Below are positions 24,810 to 38,390 of a stretch of 64,000 nucleotides of DNA, piece after piece (positions within the stretch are counted from its first letter, which is position 1; every line of letters begins with the position of its first letter). Made by a program: the position numbers and the translations under genes. Origin of the DNA: Sphyrna mokarran. Taxonomy: Eukaryota. The DNA lies in assembly GCA_024679065.1 (NCBI GenBank), contig JAGIQG010000019.1:11966001-12030000 (forward strand), written 5' to 3'. The notes beneath the pieces are model-generated. The model saw nothing but the letters and a program-made list of their open reading frames with translations. It was not told the DNA's origin and searched no databases.

Positions 24810-25095
24810 TAAAGTTTATCTATTATGTGTCACAAGTAGGCTTACATTAACACTGCAATGAAGTTACAGTGAAAATGCCCAAGTCGCCTGTCTGGGTACA
24901 CTGAGGGAGAATTTAGCATGGCCAAAGCACCTAACCAGCTTTGGATTAAAGGAGGAAACTGGAGCACCCGGAGGAAACCCATGCAGACATGGGGAGAACA
25001 TGCAAACTCCATACAGATAGTAACAGACCCCAGCCAGGAATTGAACCCGAGTCCCTGGTGCTGTGAGGTAGCAACGCTAGCTATTGTGCTGCTTG
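24810..25095 (-). mobile_element. V-SINE, tail type B
   Basis: gtgtcacaagtaggcttacattaacactgcaatgaag...ggtgctgtgaggtagc. Confidence 0.85.
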
Positions 25096-25108
25096 CAACG
25101 TGAAATGT

Positions 25109-25318
25109 TGGCTGGAATTTTCCAGCTGTTCGTGCTGGTGGGATTCTCTGGTTCCATCGAGAGCATGCCCATGCCCACGGGTTTCCCACCGGTGTGGGGT
25201 GATGTCTATGGGAACTCCCATTGATGGCGGCGAGACCAGACAATCCCACCACTATCAAAAGTGCGCTACCTCCCGCTGGCTGGAAGCACGCGGCTGGGAG
25301 GTCGGAAAATCTCACCCA
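25109..25318. mobile_element. ~210-bp MITE-like element
   Basis: Imperfect TIR ggctggaattttcc / ggaaaatctcaccc. Confidence 0.55.
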
Positions 25319-25427
25319 TTGGTTCTGTTTCTTTCTCCACAGATACTGCCCGACCTGCTGAGCAAGTCCAACATTCTTTATCTTTAATTTGAGATTTCCT
25401 GCTGTACTCTGCACCTTGATGATGGTC

Positions 25428-26262
25428 ATGTGACTTGGACAAGTTGCAGAGCTGGGCCGAGAGGTGGCAAATGGAGTTTAATGTGGAAAAGTGTGAGGTA
25501 ATGCACTTTGGCAGGAACAATAAATGTGTAGAGTATAGGGCTAATGGTAGGGCTCTTAATAGTGTTGAGGAACAGAAGGATCTTGGTGTATGTGTCAATA
25601 GATCCCTGAAAGTAGGCAGTCAAGTGGATAAAGTTGTTAAGAAGGCATATGGAGTCTTAGCTTTTATTGGTAGGGGGATTGAATTTAGGAGCCGCAGCAT
25701 CATGTTGCAACTGTACAAAACTCTAGTGCGGCCGCACTTGGAGTATTGTGTGCAGTTCTGGTCCCCACATTATAAGAAAGATGTGGAGGCATTGGAGAGG
25801 GTACAGAGGAGGTTTACCAGGATGTTGCCTGGTATGGAGGGCAGGTCCTATGAAGAGAGGTTGAAGGATTTGAGGTTGTTTTCGTTAGAAAGGAGGCGGC
25901 TAAGAGGGGATCTTATTGAAGCATATAAGATGATTAGAGGTTTAGATAGGGTGGACAGTGATAGCCTTTTTCCTAGGATGGAGAAAGCTAGCACGAGGGG
26001 ACACAGCTTTAAATTAAGGGGTATGAGTTATAGGACGGATATCAGAGGTAGGTTCTTTACTCAAAGAGTGATTAGGGAGTGGAATGCCCTGCCTGCAGCT
26101 GTTGTAGATGCGCCAAGTTTGGTGGCGTTTAAGAGGTTAATTGATAAGTATATGGAAGAGAAGGGAATGGTTTAGTTTGGAGGGGCATTGCTTTTTATTT
26201 TGGTCGGCACAACATCGAAGGCCGAAGGGCCTGTTCTGTGCTGTAATGTTCTATGTTCTATG
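25428..26262 (+). mobile_element. CR1 (HER1-like) LINE, 5'-truncated, open ORF2 C-terminus (25435-26175)
   Basis: 246-aa uninterrupted frame WAERWQMEFNVEKC...FFTQRVIREWNALP; tail ttctatgttctatg. Confidence 0.95.
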
Positions 26263-26544
26263 TAGACTGATCATTTTTGCAGCACTTTGTGCAAACTACA
26301 CTGGGGCAAATTCTGTGTGCTGAGGCTCACTGTGCTGGGATTCCCCTGTCAAATTAAACTTTAATTAAACTTGTTGACCACCATATCTTATTCTCCAATA
26401 GGCTCCTGAGCAAGCAGGGGTCACTGGCATTGCCTTTCCTCACTAAACTTTCCTTCACTTTCCCATGTTCCATCAAGATTGCAGGATCTTCGTTTCATAG
26501 ATCAGAAGATTGAAAGGTCAAAATGTCAACTTGCAAATTTCTAA

Positions 26545-26868
26545 TCGGATTGGGCAAGGTGAATTCAGAAAGAATGTTCCTGATGGTGGGGCAGTCTAGA
26601 ATTGAGTCATGGTTTGATGATAAAACTTTTTAGGAATGAAGTGAGGAGAAATTCCTTCACTCAGAGGGTGGTGAATCTGTGGAATTCACAACCACAGAAA
26701 GTAGTTGAAACTAAAACACTGTGTGATTTCAAGAAGAAATTAGATGTAGCTCTTGAGGCTAAAGGGATATGTGAGGAAGGGGGGATTGGGATATTGATGA
26801 TCAAGATGAATGGTGGAATATGCTCGAAGAACCAAATGACCTACTTCTGTTTCCAGTTTCTATGCAAC
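26545..26868 (+). mobile_element. Older CR1 3' fragment
   Basis: ORF 26602-26877 has FRNEVRRNSFTQRVVNLWNS. Confidence 0.8.
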
Positions 26869-27739
26869 TTTGGATGATGATGATGATGCTTTAAAACTGT
26901 CAACACAACATCAGCGACTTGCAATGTACTGTTTCCTCCTAATTACTGACAGTAATTAAAAATAAACAAAGGATTGTTCAGCGGCAGACAAGCATATTTT
27001 CCCATCTTCAGCACTATGTTAGGCTTCTCCTCCTCATCAGCTACAATTTGTAACCTCCAGATGTATGTGACACAGAATTAATGGGGAGTCAGTTAGCACA
27101 GACTGGATAGTTTCCAGGCAACAGAGGAGAGAGATAGAAAGGGAGCGAGAATAATGCCAAGGGAAAGACAGAGAGAGAAAGAAATAATTTATATAACGTC
27201 TTTCACCAGCTCAGACCTTTTGAAAATGCTTTATAACCAATGTGCTTTTTGTGCCGTGAATCACTATTGAAGTGTCACTATTGTGACGGAGGAAATACAG
27301 TAGCCAATTTGTACATAGTATTATGATGGAAATCAGATTTTTGGCACCCACACATGCACAGTAAAACACGGAAACCCGTGTTTCCCAATTCTCTCTGGAT
27401 TTTCCGACTGCGTCTCCATTCCCTCCAAAGGTGAACTCAGGATGAAAATTGCCTGAAAAAAGATATTTTGCTGGACAGCAATACAGAGAGAATAGGAGAG
27501 GTGCCTCAACATTTTTAATAGTATAAAGAGATGCTGTGACTTACAGGAGGTTGGGAACCACTGCTCCAAGGGCCAATCGAGGCACCCATCACACCACCTC
27601 CTCACAAACAACAATGCCAGCTGCCCCATCATACTTTCTCATCAACTCTCCAGCCCAATGAACCACCTAGAATCTGATCTTTTCAACCCCATGCCTGTTC
27701 AACTCACCCTTCCCAGTACTGACCCTGTGGACTCACAGA

Positions 27740-28045
27740 ATTATAGAATCCTACAATGCAGAAGGAGGCCATTCTGCCCATCACGTCTGCACTGCTCACA
27801 ATCCCACCCAGACCCTTTCCCCATAACTCCATGCATTTACCCTAGCCGATCCCCTTGACATTAGTGAGCAATTTTGCATGGTCAACGCACCATCTTCAGA
27901 CTGTGGGAGAAAACTAGCGCTCCCAAAAGAAACCAACGCAGACGTGGGGAAAATATGTAAACTCCACATAAACAGTGACCCAAGCCGAGGATCGAATCCG
28001 GATTCCTGTTGCAGTAGTGTTAATCACTGTGCCACCGTACTGTCC
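27740..28045 (-). mobile_element. HE1-like V-SINE
   Basis: tagaatcctacaatgcagaaggaggccattc...cactgtgccaccgt. Confidence 0.8.
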
Positions 28046-28064
28046 CAATGCCCCAGCAGTCAAG

Positions 28065-28345
28065 CTCTCACTAATCCTCTCCACATCTCCCTCCAGAATG
28101 TCAATTCACTCCTGAGTAAGGGCCTCACAATCCATTAGCTTATTGTAGCGAAGTGCACCGATATGATGGAAATCTTGTTGAGCGGTTATGTCAACTTCTC
28201 CCTAACTGAAGTGTCGCTACGTGATTAAAACCTTTCAGCACTTGCCCCAGCAAAACTATCGTGGCAGTGGTGGTGTGGCTCTTATAATCGAATCTCATCT
28301 TGGTCAGATACCTCTGGCACTTTGAGGCCCTCAGTTTGTTCCATC
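28065..28345 (+). mobile_element. L2-type LINE endonuclease remnant (L2 3' remnant follows to ~28600)
   Basis: LHISLQNVNSLLSKGLTIH...GGVALI resembles an APE-domain N-terminus. Confidence 0.55.
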
Positions 28346-29059
28346 CCTAAATCTTCTGAGTTACCTGAACTCCTCTAACCCCCAACTTCAATAACTCCAT
28401 TACTGGTAGCCATGCTTTCAGCTGTCTACATCTTAAGCTCTGGAATTCCCTCCTAAACCTCTCTATTTCTCTTTCTTTCCTTCTACCTTTAGGACATTCC
28501 TTAAAATCTATCTGCCTTCATATCTCGGAATCATTTTCTTTTGTATAATATCTGTGAAGTGACTTAGGATCTTTTATCAGGTTAAAGGGCTATATATATA
28601 CTATATATACACACAAAGTTGTTTTTGTTGTTAAGTGCTATTGAGATGTGGCTTATCAGTTTCGTGTATGAGGAAGATGATATACTAGTGACATTTTTCA
28701 TTGTGTGGAAAACAATTCAACAATTAAATCTAACTCCCTCCTCCACATTTCATTAAAAAGCATTCCATTTCATATTGCCTTGTCTAGTATCATTGCTCAT
28801 GCCTGTTTGCTTTGCAATTGACTTAATTACAAAAAAAAAAGCAACAGATTATACAGCGAAAACAATGAGAACTAACCGAAAAGGTGGGGTGAATGGAGGA
28901 AAAGTGAAAGAAGCAATGAATGGATTTGGGATGAGGTTAGTGAGGCGGGGGAAAGCAGAGCAAAGAGACTGGCCGGCCAAAGGAAGGAAAAAGCTAATGG
29001 TCTAGGAATGGGGGAAGAAATCACTCAAACCAGCCTCCTATCTCTGCCTTGGAAAAGCA

Positions 29060-29655
29060 GCAAGCGTAACCAAGGACCCCACGCACCCTGGACATACTCT
29101 CTTCCACCTTCTTTCATCGGGAAAAAGATAAAAATGTCTGAGTTCACATACAAACTGACTCAACATCAGCTCCTATCCTGCTGTCATCAGATTTTTGAAT
29201 GAACCTATCTTGCATTAAGTTGATCCTTCTGTGGGGCGGCATGGCGGTCAGCACTGCTGCCTCACTGTGCCAGGAACCCGGGTGCAATTCCTTGCTTGGG
29301 TCACTGTCTGTGTAGAGTTTGCACGTTCTCCCCATGTATGTATGGTTTTCTTATGGGTGCTCCGATTTCCTCCCATAGTCCAAAGATGTGTAGGTTAGAT
29401 GCATTGGCCATGCTAAATTCTCCCTCAGTGTACCCGAATAGGGGACTGACTGTGACGACTAGGGGATTTTCACAATAACTTCATTACTGCTGACTAATAA
29501 ATAAATAAAGCCAGTATGACACTACATTCTGTATTGTCTCTCCTTTCCTTCTCTTTTCCTTCTCTATGAACGTTATGCTTTGTCTGTATAGAATGCCAGA
29601 AACAACACTTTGCACTGTATTCTAATACATATGACAATAATAAGTCTAATCAAAT
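29060..29655 (+). mobile_element. Rex1/Babar-like LINE 3' end interrupted by a type-B V-SINE (29232-29508)
   Basis: caccctggacatactctcttccaccttctttcatcggg...tgacaataataagtctaatcaaatc with SINE in the middle. Confidence 0.75.
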
Positions 29656-30805
29656 CTATTCAAGAAAAGGAAGAGGAATGGGTGGGTAGTGAACAATTGG
29701 TTGACTGACAGGGAGAAAAAACAAGTTGACGCAATGAGTGTCAGCAAAGAGGAAGCATGGGAGCAGTAAATCCACCCTAGAGAGGACATTGGTAGCAGGA
29801 AAAGCATATAGACAGATGAGTAAAATTGTTGCACAGCACATTGGGAATAAAGCACCCACTTTCCAATTCACTGTTAAAAAATATTGTCAAAGCATATTGG
29901 ATGCAACCCATCTCTGTTCGAGCCAGACAACAGAACACAGAATGTCTGATGCTTATTCTGATTACAATTAATTCCCATTTGCACACAGTCTGTACAATTT
30001 TAGTCACTCGAACCATGATTTCAGAGCTTCTTGCATAGACTTTTGCATAAATCTGCAGCCTTACACTGGCTGAGACTCATTTGAAATGAATTCTGCAATG
30101 CAAAATGCTGTTCAATAATGCATTATAGCACATGCATACATGATGTTCAATAATATATGAACACCTGCAATTCATAGAATGCATCTAATATTTAACAAGC
30201 CCATGGCGCACTGGGTTTTATTTAATACAGCACGACTGATCCCAAATTTAGAACTTGTACTGTGTTTCAAGAAATAGAAGGCATCCTGTCATAGATCTCC
30301 TTCCTCTTGGTCATGAATAATTTAAATAAGTTTCCCCAGGCATTAATCAACAGAAATACAAAATCACATTTAATTTACATCTCTTTCAAATCCCAATCTT
30401 TACATCCTCTGTTATATCTTAAGTTGGAAACAAAATGAAGGAGATAAAGTACAACTTCCAAATTTAATGGCAGTAATTCGTTTCCAGGAGGAGGTTGGAT
30501 GGATTTTAAATGCACTCTGCTTTCATTGCCTTGAGAAGTCAATGCTTCGTGCATTCCAGCTGGATCCTTCAACACCCATAGCATTGTCTATAACTTAACC
30601 ATAAAAATCCCCGCACCAATTTATTTGTATTTCCCGAGCTGGCATTATAACAAAATGACCAGCTTTAATTCACTTCACAATAATACATCTACTGTGGATT
30701 GCCACACATGTCTTTGTCGATGGGTGTATAAGAAAAAAACAGGAAAATTCTGTCTTTAAACAAGGAAGCCGTAATGGATTGTGCAAAGGTGATGTTTTGG
30801 TGATA

Positions 30806-31205
30806 GTTGGTGGGATTCTCCAAAAAAAATTGTACCCAAATGGGTGGGAAAACGGGAGTAGTTCCTGCCAGTTTTTTTTTGGGTGTACTTACTTGACCGA
30901 ATTTTTAACACTCTGTGCATCACAGAGTCTTTTAGAGAAATTCACACTGGAAAGCGGGGGGTGTAGTTATAGACCCTGCTGGTGGGAACCTCTCCTAGTT
31001 GCGGAGCGGGGGGTGTGTGGAGATACTAATGGGCTCACAGACTACCCCTCCAGGCCTGCTAATCATATGGAAATTGCTGTTTCCATACAGTAATCGACTC
31101 CAGCGCAGAGCTATTATGCTTAAAAAAGTGCTTGGGGGCTCATAATGACACTGCGGATTCCCTGTTGTTGTCTCCCAGTCTCTGCACTACAAGAAAATCC
31201 CAAGT
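30806..31205. mobile_element. MITE-like element
   Basis: tgggattctcc ... agaaaatccca imperfect TIR. Confidence 0.4.
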
Positions 31206-32067
31206 CGTTTCTCCTTTAAATTGTAATTTAAAAAAAAATTAAATTGTATTTCTCTACTTTAAATTGTACTTTTGTGTGACAATGAAAATGATTTTGTTGT
31301 GGTGTGCACTGTGAGATGCTTCTAACTTGTACAGAGTTCTGGATAGTTGTGGATGCACACATCACCCCCCATGAGGAAACTGCAGCAAGCTCAGTTCCAG
31401 GGATATCATAAACAGCGGGCTGGATCTTGTTGGAGTGATGGTGGCCCCCAATGGTGGGCCAGAAAGCTGGAGGCAATCCCCCACCTTTGGGGGAGCCCCG
31501 ACTGGATTCCGCAGTAATCGCCCCAGCCAGTGAGTTGCTGCTCATTCCTGGAAGGGACAAGATCCTACCTCTGGCCAGCCAGAGGACACAGTATGGAGTC
31601 TCACAACACAGGTTAATTTGGTAGCAAAAGCCACTAGCTTTCGGAGCGCTTGCTGCCAGAGGACCATCAGCTCTTCAGTCTCAGCAGTGCTGCTGGTGGC
31701 AGTGGCCACTGCTGGAACTGCACCCAAGCTGAGAGGCTCAGTGGACGGGAAACATGAGGGTGAGGGCCAAAGGGATGATTAAATGTGCACAAGGCTGATG
31801 AGTCTCATGAGTTGTTGAATTGCTCGGAGCTATAAACTGCGTGCAGTCACAGTGCTAAAAATGTCGGCATTTGTTAACATTGATGCTAATTCCTCCAGGC
31901 GTACATTGGAAAATGTCCCCACTCTCTCAGGTATTCGAACACAGAATAAACAGCAGCACAGCATGGGGTTAGTCCCTTCAGCCCTCCAAGCCTGTGCTGA
32001 TCATGATATCTGCCTAAACTAAAATCTTTATCAGGTCACCCTTCAACCTCCTTTATATAGTCCCAAA

Positions 32068-33275
32068 AGGCCTGATTTTACCATTGCGCCTCATCCGAAA
32101 AACTTGGTAAAGTCGGGTGTGAGCCTGATTAGCACGATCTGCGCCCGCACAAATACCCATTTTACCAAGGCCTGAAAATGGCTGGGATCCAAGCTGTGCC
32201 TGAAACGGGCGCAATGTCAATTTAAATATATTTGCGTGCATTTAAATTGACTTACTGAGCTGAATGCCCAATCTTAGCAGCAAGTCCCCCTCTACCATCG
32301 CATTTGCCCTTCCTGATCCAGTGCAAAACAGACCTGCTCGGTAAATGTCTGTTTCGGACGCTCCAGCTTCTGAAGAGGTAAGTTCAGAGTTTCCAGCAGC
32401 TCTCTAACTCAGATCGGGGGTTGGGGGGCAGGGGGAGGCGGTAGTTGAGGAGACAGACCAGATCATTCTCTGGTGGGGTGGGAGGCCGGAGAAGGCAGAT
32501 CAGATGTATCCCTGGTGGCGGTGAGGGGGGGAGAGAGGGGTGCGAGGGGGAGGATGAGGGAGGCGGGCCACATCGTTCTCTGATGGGGTGGGGGGGTACT
32601 GTTGGCGGCGGGGGAGGGGGGAGGAGGAAGTGGGTTAGATGTATCCCTGGTGGCAGGGAGGGAGGGGGAATGAGGAGGGAGGCAAGATCATTCTCTATTG
32701 GGGCGGGGGAGGAGGTGGGACCAGGTTATTCTCTTGTGGAGGGGAGGAGCGAGGTCAGATGTTCACTGGTGGTAGAGGAGGGGTGGGGACGGATGCTGGA
32801 AACCAGATGCATCTCTGTTGGGGAGGGAGGCAGGGAGACAGGGTGGGGGGGGTCAGCTGCCACACTGTGGGCTATCAGTGGGGTGGGGAAAGGATCAGGG
32901 ATCATGATTTGTCTGGATAGTAGGGCGTGGGTGGATGAGGGGGACAGTTGTTTTGTGGGGAGTGAGGAAGTGTCTGTGGAGGCCATGTCTGTGAGAGCCA
33001 GTGCTCACGGGCCGCTTTATATACTTTTTCCGGCCCGGGAGCGACGTGACAGGAGCGTGTTTTCAAGTTACTTTTCACTGCGCACGCGCAGTTCAAAACT
33101 CCGATCGGAGTTGCAGTGTTTCAGGTGTGCTAAGCCCTGTCCACAGTGCGATTCAGACCCACAATTTTTTTTTTCAGACTGAGTGCATACAGAGGCACCT
33201 GAAAGCAGATTTCCAAGTCGGATCTGAATTGTGCCCAGATTCAGCACTTAGAATGAAAATGGTAAAACCAGGCCT
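32068..33275. mobile_element. ~1.2-kb non-autonomous DNA transposon with 18-bp TIRs and G-rich interior
   Basis: aggcctgattttaccatt / aatggtaaaaccaggcct (17/18 match). Confidence 0.8.
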
Positions 33276-33974
33276 GACGTTATATAAATCTTTAGTGTTA
33301 GGACATATTCTCCCTCCTTCACTGTTTGTCTTTACTATGCTTATCATTCCTTTGATCCTTGGCTTAGTTTTTGAATTCACTGCATCAATTTTCTCCATGC
33401 TAACTTCCTTCTAGCTGATCACGGACTATTGCTTCCCTTGGCGCCTGTCTGTTGGGTTGGCTTTAGACATACAATCCATTTTTAAAAAAAATGTGCAACT
33501 TCAATCTCTAAATGCTTCAGCACACCTTCTGTCATTTTTAGTCAATTATTGCCAGCGACTGTGTAACTGAATTTGATCAGTCCTTAGTTACTGTCGAATT
33601 TGAAAGCCAGGAGCTGGCTGCTGCAGTATTTAGAATTACAGATTTTAGTCTTTCCATTCACATATTTCTTGGCTTGACAGCAGGCTCAGAGTACGTTGCT
33701 GAGCTTGCATTACAATCACACAGTCTGCTGCTTAGCTTCATGTAAATGACTGTGGCATGGCACCGTGTCTGTCTTAAAATAAACAGCTCTGTTCACCGAG
33801 AGGCTGACTGTCATTCAATGCCATCTGATTCTCTTCCAATCTCTACCACACTGAACATTCTCTTTCATCCATTTGCTCATCGGACAAGAACATTTTAGTT
33901 TTTACTTTGCAAATTTCGCAGAGAAACCAACGGCCAGGATTGTGAGGCCCTACCACGAGGTGTCTCCCCTGTGT

Positions 33975-35072
33975 TGTTACTGTGCCTTAAAGAAATGTAT
34001 TTCAGTCATGTTCCTTCGCAGGATGTTGTCAACACTGTGTTATCTGTAACTGGTGCCCTTTATTGCTGCTGACGCAGCATAATTGATATCATGCTGATTT
34101 TAATCTGGACTAATGCATTGTCCTGTGGTTTAATGGTCCTTTGGGGATTGCTGAATGGAACTTGATTTGGGGATAATCGACAGGTCAGGTGACATGCTTG
34201 GGGGCAGTTTTTTTTATAGAAAAGTTCAAGTTTTAGCTGTTTTATTCAGGAGTAGCTGGAAGTGGAGAGAAAAAATGGTGCTCTTTCCTTCCCTCTGGAG
34301 TTGGAGATTTTAGTTTTGTTTCTCAGTTGCTGTTAGAATTCTGTCTCCCTCTCTCTAGTGGCTTTTTGGAAAGTTCCAAGGCTGGGAAGATTTAAACCAT
34401 CATTCAAAGGACCAATTCACAGTAGGTGTTAAAAAGCTCAAAACTCACCATCACGTGAGCATACATGTTTCTGTGCCAAGTCTGAAGAAGGGTGTATGTC
34501 TTTGGGATGCTGTTTAACTTGGAACAACATAGATAGCCAGCTGTTAAGGTTTATACTGTTTTATGTTCAGTTCTTATTAATGGTAAAAACAATGCTAAAT
34601 CTTTTTGTTATATTTTAACTGTGTTCTTAAATAAACTTCTGTTTGATAAAAGCTTCCTAGTGGGTTATTTGAATCATACCTGGAATTAAACCATTGTAAC
34701 CTCACCCATGCCAAAATTATGCAAAACTTGGGTCTAAAGTTCTGTTTATTCATTAGTGTCATAAATAGGCTTACATTCCCAATGAAATTAATGTGAAAAT
34801 CCTCTAAACTCTGGCGTCTCTTTGGGTACACTGAGGGGGAATTTAGCATGGCAATGCACTTAACCAGCACATCTTTCAGACTGTGGGAGGAAACCAGAGT
34901 ACTCGGAGGAAATCTACACAGACAGTTACAGCATGCAAACTTACTGCACAGACAATGACCTAAGCCAGCAATCGAACCCAGGTCATTGTTGCTGTGAGGG
35001 TCCTGTGCTAACCACTGTGCCATCATGATAATTTTGTAAAAAACCTTGGAATTTCCAGCTTGGGTCTTAACC
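33975..35072 (+). mobile_element. Probable solo LTR interrupted by a type-B V-SINE (34742-35025, minus)
   Basis: Starts tgtta, T-rich body, aataaa near 34630, ends tcttaacca; TSD not clear. Confidence 0.45.
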
Positions 35073-35124
35073 ACCTCCCTCTTCCCTTTCCACCAACCCC
35101 ATGCCCCTGGCAGACCATTTGATT

Positions 35125-35213
35125 TGATGTAGAGATGCCAGCATTGGACTGGGGTAAACTCAGTAAAGATTGACAACACCAATTTTAAATCCAACCGATT
35201 TATTTGATAGTAG
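35125..35213 (-). mobile_element. Penelope pLTR fragment
   Basis: gatgtagagatgccagcattggactggggtaaactcagtaa...aaatccaaccgatttatttga, nearly the same as 9368-9450. Confidence 0.8.
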
Positions 35214-35264
35214 ACCATTTGATTTGCCATTAATTTTCGGGAACAATAATATTTTACTGGGCAG

Positions 35265-35690
35265 GAGAGCAACTACTAAAGGAACTCTAAAAGGTTGTGA
35301 ATATAATCCAATTCATCACGCAAACCAGCCTCCAAATTGTCTTTGTCTACATTTCCCACTGCCTCGGCAAAGCAATCAGCGTAATTAAGGACATAGCATA
35401 TCCCGGACATTCTCTCTTTCGCCTTCTTCCTTCGAGAAAAAGTTACAAAAGTCAGAGGTCATGTACCAACCGACTCAAGACCAGCTTCTTCCCTGCTGCT
35501 GTAGGACTTTTTCTTGGATTTACCTTGCGTTAAATTGATCTTTCTCTATACCCTAGCTATGACTGTAACACTACATTCTGCAGTCTCTCACTTCCTCCTT
35601 ATGAACGGTATGTTTTGTCTGTATAGCGCGCAAGAAACAATACTTTTCACTGTATGTTAATACATAAGACAATAATAAATCAAATCAATT
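35265..35690 (+). mobile_element. Rex1/Babar-like LINE 3' end
   Basis: ORF 35297-35533 has YPGHSLFRLLPSRKSYKS...TNRLKTSFFPAAV; tail aataataaatcaaatcaa. Confidence 0.85.
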
Positions 35691-35699
35691 CTTTCCCTA

Positions 35700-37990
35700 T
35701 CTGCACATAATTGCTTTCAGCTGTATTCAAGGTCTTGAATGCCAAGGCTATCTCTTCACCTGTGGACATTCAGTGGGAAGCCACCACCCCAATCCCATGA
35801 GGTGATACATCACATGCCAACTGTGGGGGTAAATTCGGATCAAAATGTATCAGGGCTTCTTTGGCTTTGGTTTTTGCTTGCGTGAATGCTTTCTCCACCC
35901 ATTTCACTTTTTATTTTGGCACTGCAGATTGTGCACGCCTTTTAGAATCGTTGGGGAAAAATCTTCTGCAGTAATTTACTGAGCCTGAGAAAGATGGATG
36001 TTGGTTCACATTCTGAAATGTGAGTGCCTCAGACATGGCTTTGACTTTCAAAGGCGACTTAACATCAATGACACGTCCCAGATATTTGATCAAAGATTGG
36101 AAAAGTGTGCATTTGTCTTTTTGGACTCTTAATCCATAATCTTCTAGTCTCTGGAATGTGGCATCTAGGTTGCCCCATTTTTTTTTCTAGTAACCAAGAT
36201 GTCACTGAAGTAACATTGGAGTCCACCTAGTCTGCTTAAGATTTGGTCCATAGTTTGTTGGAACAACACTGGTACGGAAATGATATCAAATGGTAATTTT
36301 GGATATCAAAATAATTCTTCATGTGTCACAGTCATTAAACTGTTGTAAATCTGGATCCATGTTCATTTTATCATATGCTTGACTGAGATCAATTTTACTG
36401 AAGTGTTAACCTCCATCCAACGAACAAATAAGTCTTTGAATTATGAGTAGAATGGTGCTGTGAAAGTTTACCAGGCTAATTCTTGGGATGGTGGGTTTGT
36501 TATTTAAAGGGAGCCAAAATTAGTTTGGATTATATTCACTGGAGTTTAGAAGACTGAGAGGGAATCTCATGGAAACTTATAAAATGCTAACAGGGTTAGA
36601 CAGGATAGATTCAGAAAGAAGTTTTTGATTTGATTTTTTTATTGTCACGTCTATTAGCATACAGTGAAAAGTATTGTTTCTTGTGCGCTATACAGACAAA
36701 CAATACTGATTTGGAAAGAAGACAGTGCAGAATGGAATGTTGCAGTCATAGCTAGGGTGTAGAGAAAGATCAACTTAGTGCAACATAGGTCCATTCAGTT
36801 GGTAGTTTGAAGATAAGAGATAAACTTTTAGAACCGAGATGAGGAGAAATTTCTTCATTTAGAGGGTTGTAAATGTGTAGAATTCACTACCACAGAAAGT
36901 AGTTGAGGCCAAAAGGTTGTCTGATTTCAAGAAGAAATTAGATAAAACTCTTGAGGCTAAAGGGGTCAAGGGATATGGGGGAAAGGGAATCAGGATATTG
37001 AATTTGACGATCAAACATGATCAAAATGAATGGCGGAGTAGGCTTGAAGGGCTGAAAGGCCTACCCCTGCTTCTAGTTTTTATGCTCTACATAAAATACA
37101 GAATTAATGGACATTTTAAAATCACTACAATTGCATACAGATACATCTTGTTTCATCAGAGGTATACTGAGGTTGCCCAATCATTCAGATTAATGGGTTT
37201 GAGGACTCTCGTTTTGACCAGGCATTCGAATTCTATCTCCATCTTAGATCTGATTGTGTATGGCAATGATCTAGACATTAAGCATCTTGTCTGGCTTTCT
37301 TCCTTGATCTTCAACTTTCTGAGATATCTGTCACGCTTCCCAGCTCTCTGTTGAATACAATAACATGCTTCTTCAAGATGTTGGATAGTCTGATTCAGTA
37401 CCGTGGCCCAATTTAGTCTGAACTTATCCAGCCAGATCCTTCTCATTAGTCCTAGGTAATTTCCTTTGACTAGGTGCAAGGACAAATCTGTAGTCAGTCC
37501 ACTTAATTACACTGTTACATCAATATGGTCCCTCAATGGAATTCCTTCCCCAATTATGGTTTTGGGTTGCTTGCAGCAATGTCCCTTAGAATAATCTTTA
37601 AATTCCTGGATATTAGAATCATAGAGGTTTACAGCATGGAAACAGAGCCTTCAGCCTAACTTGTCCATGCCATCTTTTTTTTAAACCCCTAAGCTAGTCC
37701 CAATTGCCCATATTTGGCACAAAGCTCTCTAACCTATCTTACACATGTAACTGTCTATAGAGTTATAGAGAAGGATTCCTGGACAATCCAAGAGGATTGA
37801 CAATTCTAGATCCATCCCACTGGACTGCTGTTCAAGTGTTGATGCCCAGAGCTGACTCACAATATATGAATCTAATCTCTGACCAGCTAGCTGGATGGAA
37901 TATTGCTAAATCTTTGCAGTCAGTCTTTCTGTAAATAATTCCCACTTCTTAGTTCCTCAGTTATAGATTGCATAGTGACTTATAGTACAT
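35700..37990 (-). mobile_element. Decayed Gypsy/Ty3 gag-pol remnant with nested CR1 and Rex1
   Basis: Minus-strand peptides LKIKEESQ..RSLPYTIRSK.EIE...DWAT, FSKIDLSQAY, IKYLGRVID..PLKVKAM. Confidence 0.85.
36463..37088 (+). mobile_element. CR1 3' fragment interrupted by a Rex1/Babar tail (36625-36797, minus)
   Basis: ttcactggagtttagaagactgagagggaatctc...gatttcaagaagaaattagat; insert begins tttgatttgatt. Confidence 0.85.
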
Positions 37991-37999
37991 GTACATTAA

Positions 38000-38390
38000 T
38001 CACAGAATCACAAAATAGCCCCATCCAGTCTGCATCGATGCATGAAATGCCCTGGCCTGCCCACCTGATCCCCCTTGCCAGCACTTGGCCCATAGCCTTG
38101 AATGTTACGGCGTGTCAAGTACTCATCCAGGTACTTCATAAAGGATGTGAGGCATCCCGCCTCTACCACTCTCTCAGGCAGCGCATTCCAGATTGTCACC
38201 ACCCTCTGAGAAAAAGATTTTTTCTCAAATCCCCCCATCTCCCAAACCTCCCACGTCTCACTTTTAACTTGTGTCCCCTCATAACTGACCCTTCAACTAA
38301 GGGGAACAGTTGCTCCCTATCCACCCTGTCCTTGCCCCTCATAATCTTAGACATCTCAATCAGGTCGTCCCTCAGTCTTTTCTGCTCTAC
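38000..38390 (-). mobile_element. CR1 3' fragment
   Basis: ORF 38008-38238 has FSQRVVTIWNALPERVVEAG. Confidence 0.85.

Noticed and set aside
27333-27452. Apparent minus-strand exon after ttttttcag
   Set aside because: Looks like a transposon terminus (ggcaattttcatcc); no good donor
32445-33182. 245-aa Gly/Arg-rich ORF
   Set aside because: Result of G-rich low complexity inside a TIR element; non-ATG start, no domain
34595-35272. 225-aa ORF
   Set aside because: Crosses Penelope, SINE and LTR pieces; chimeric chance frame
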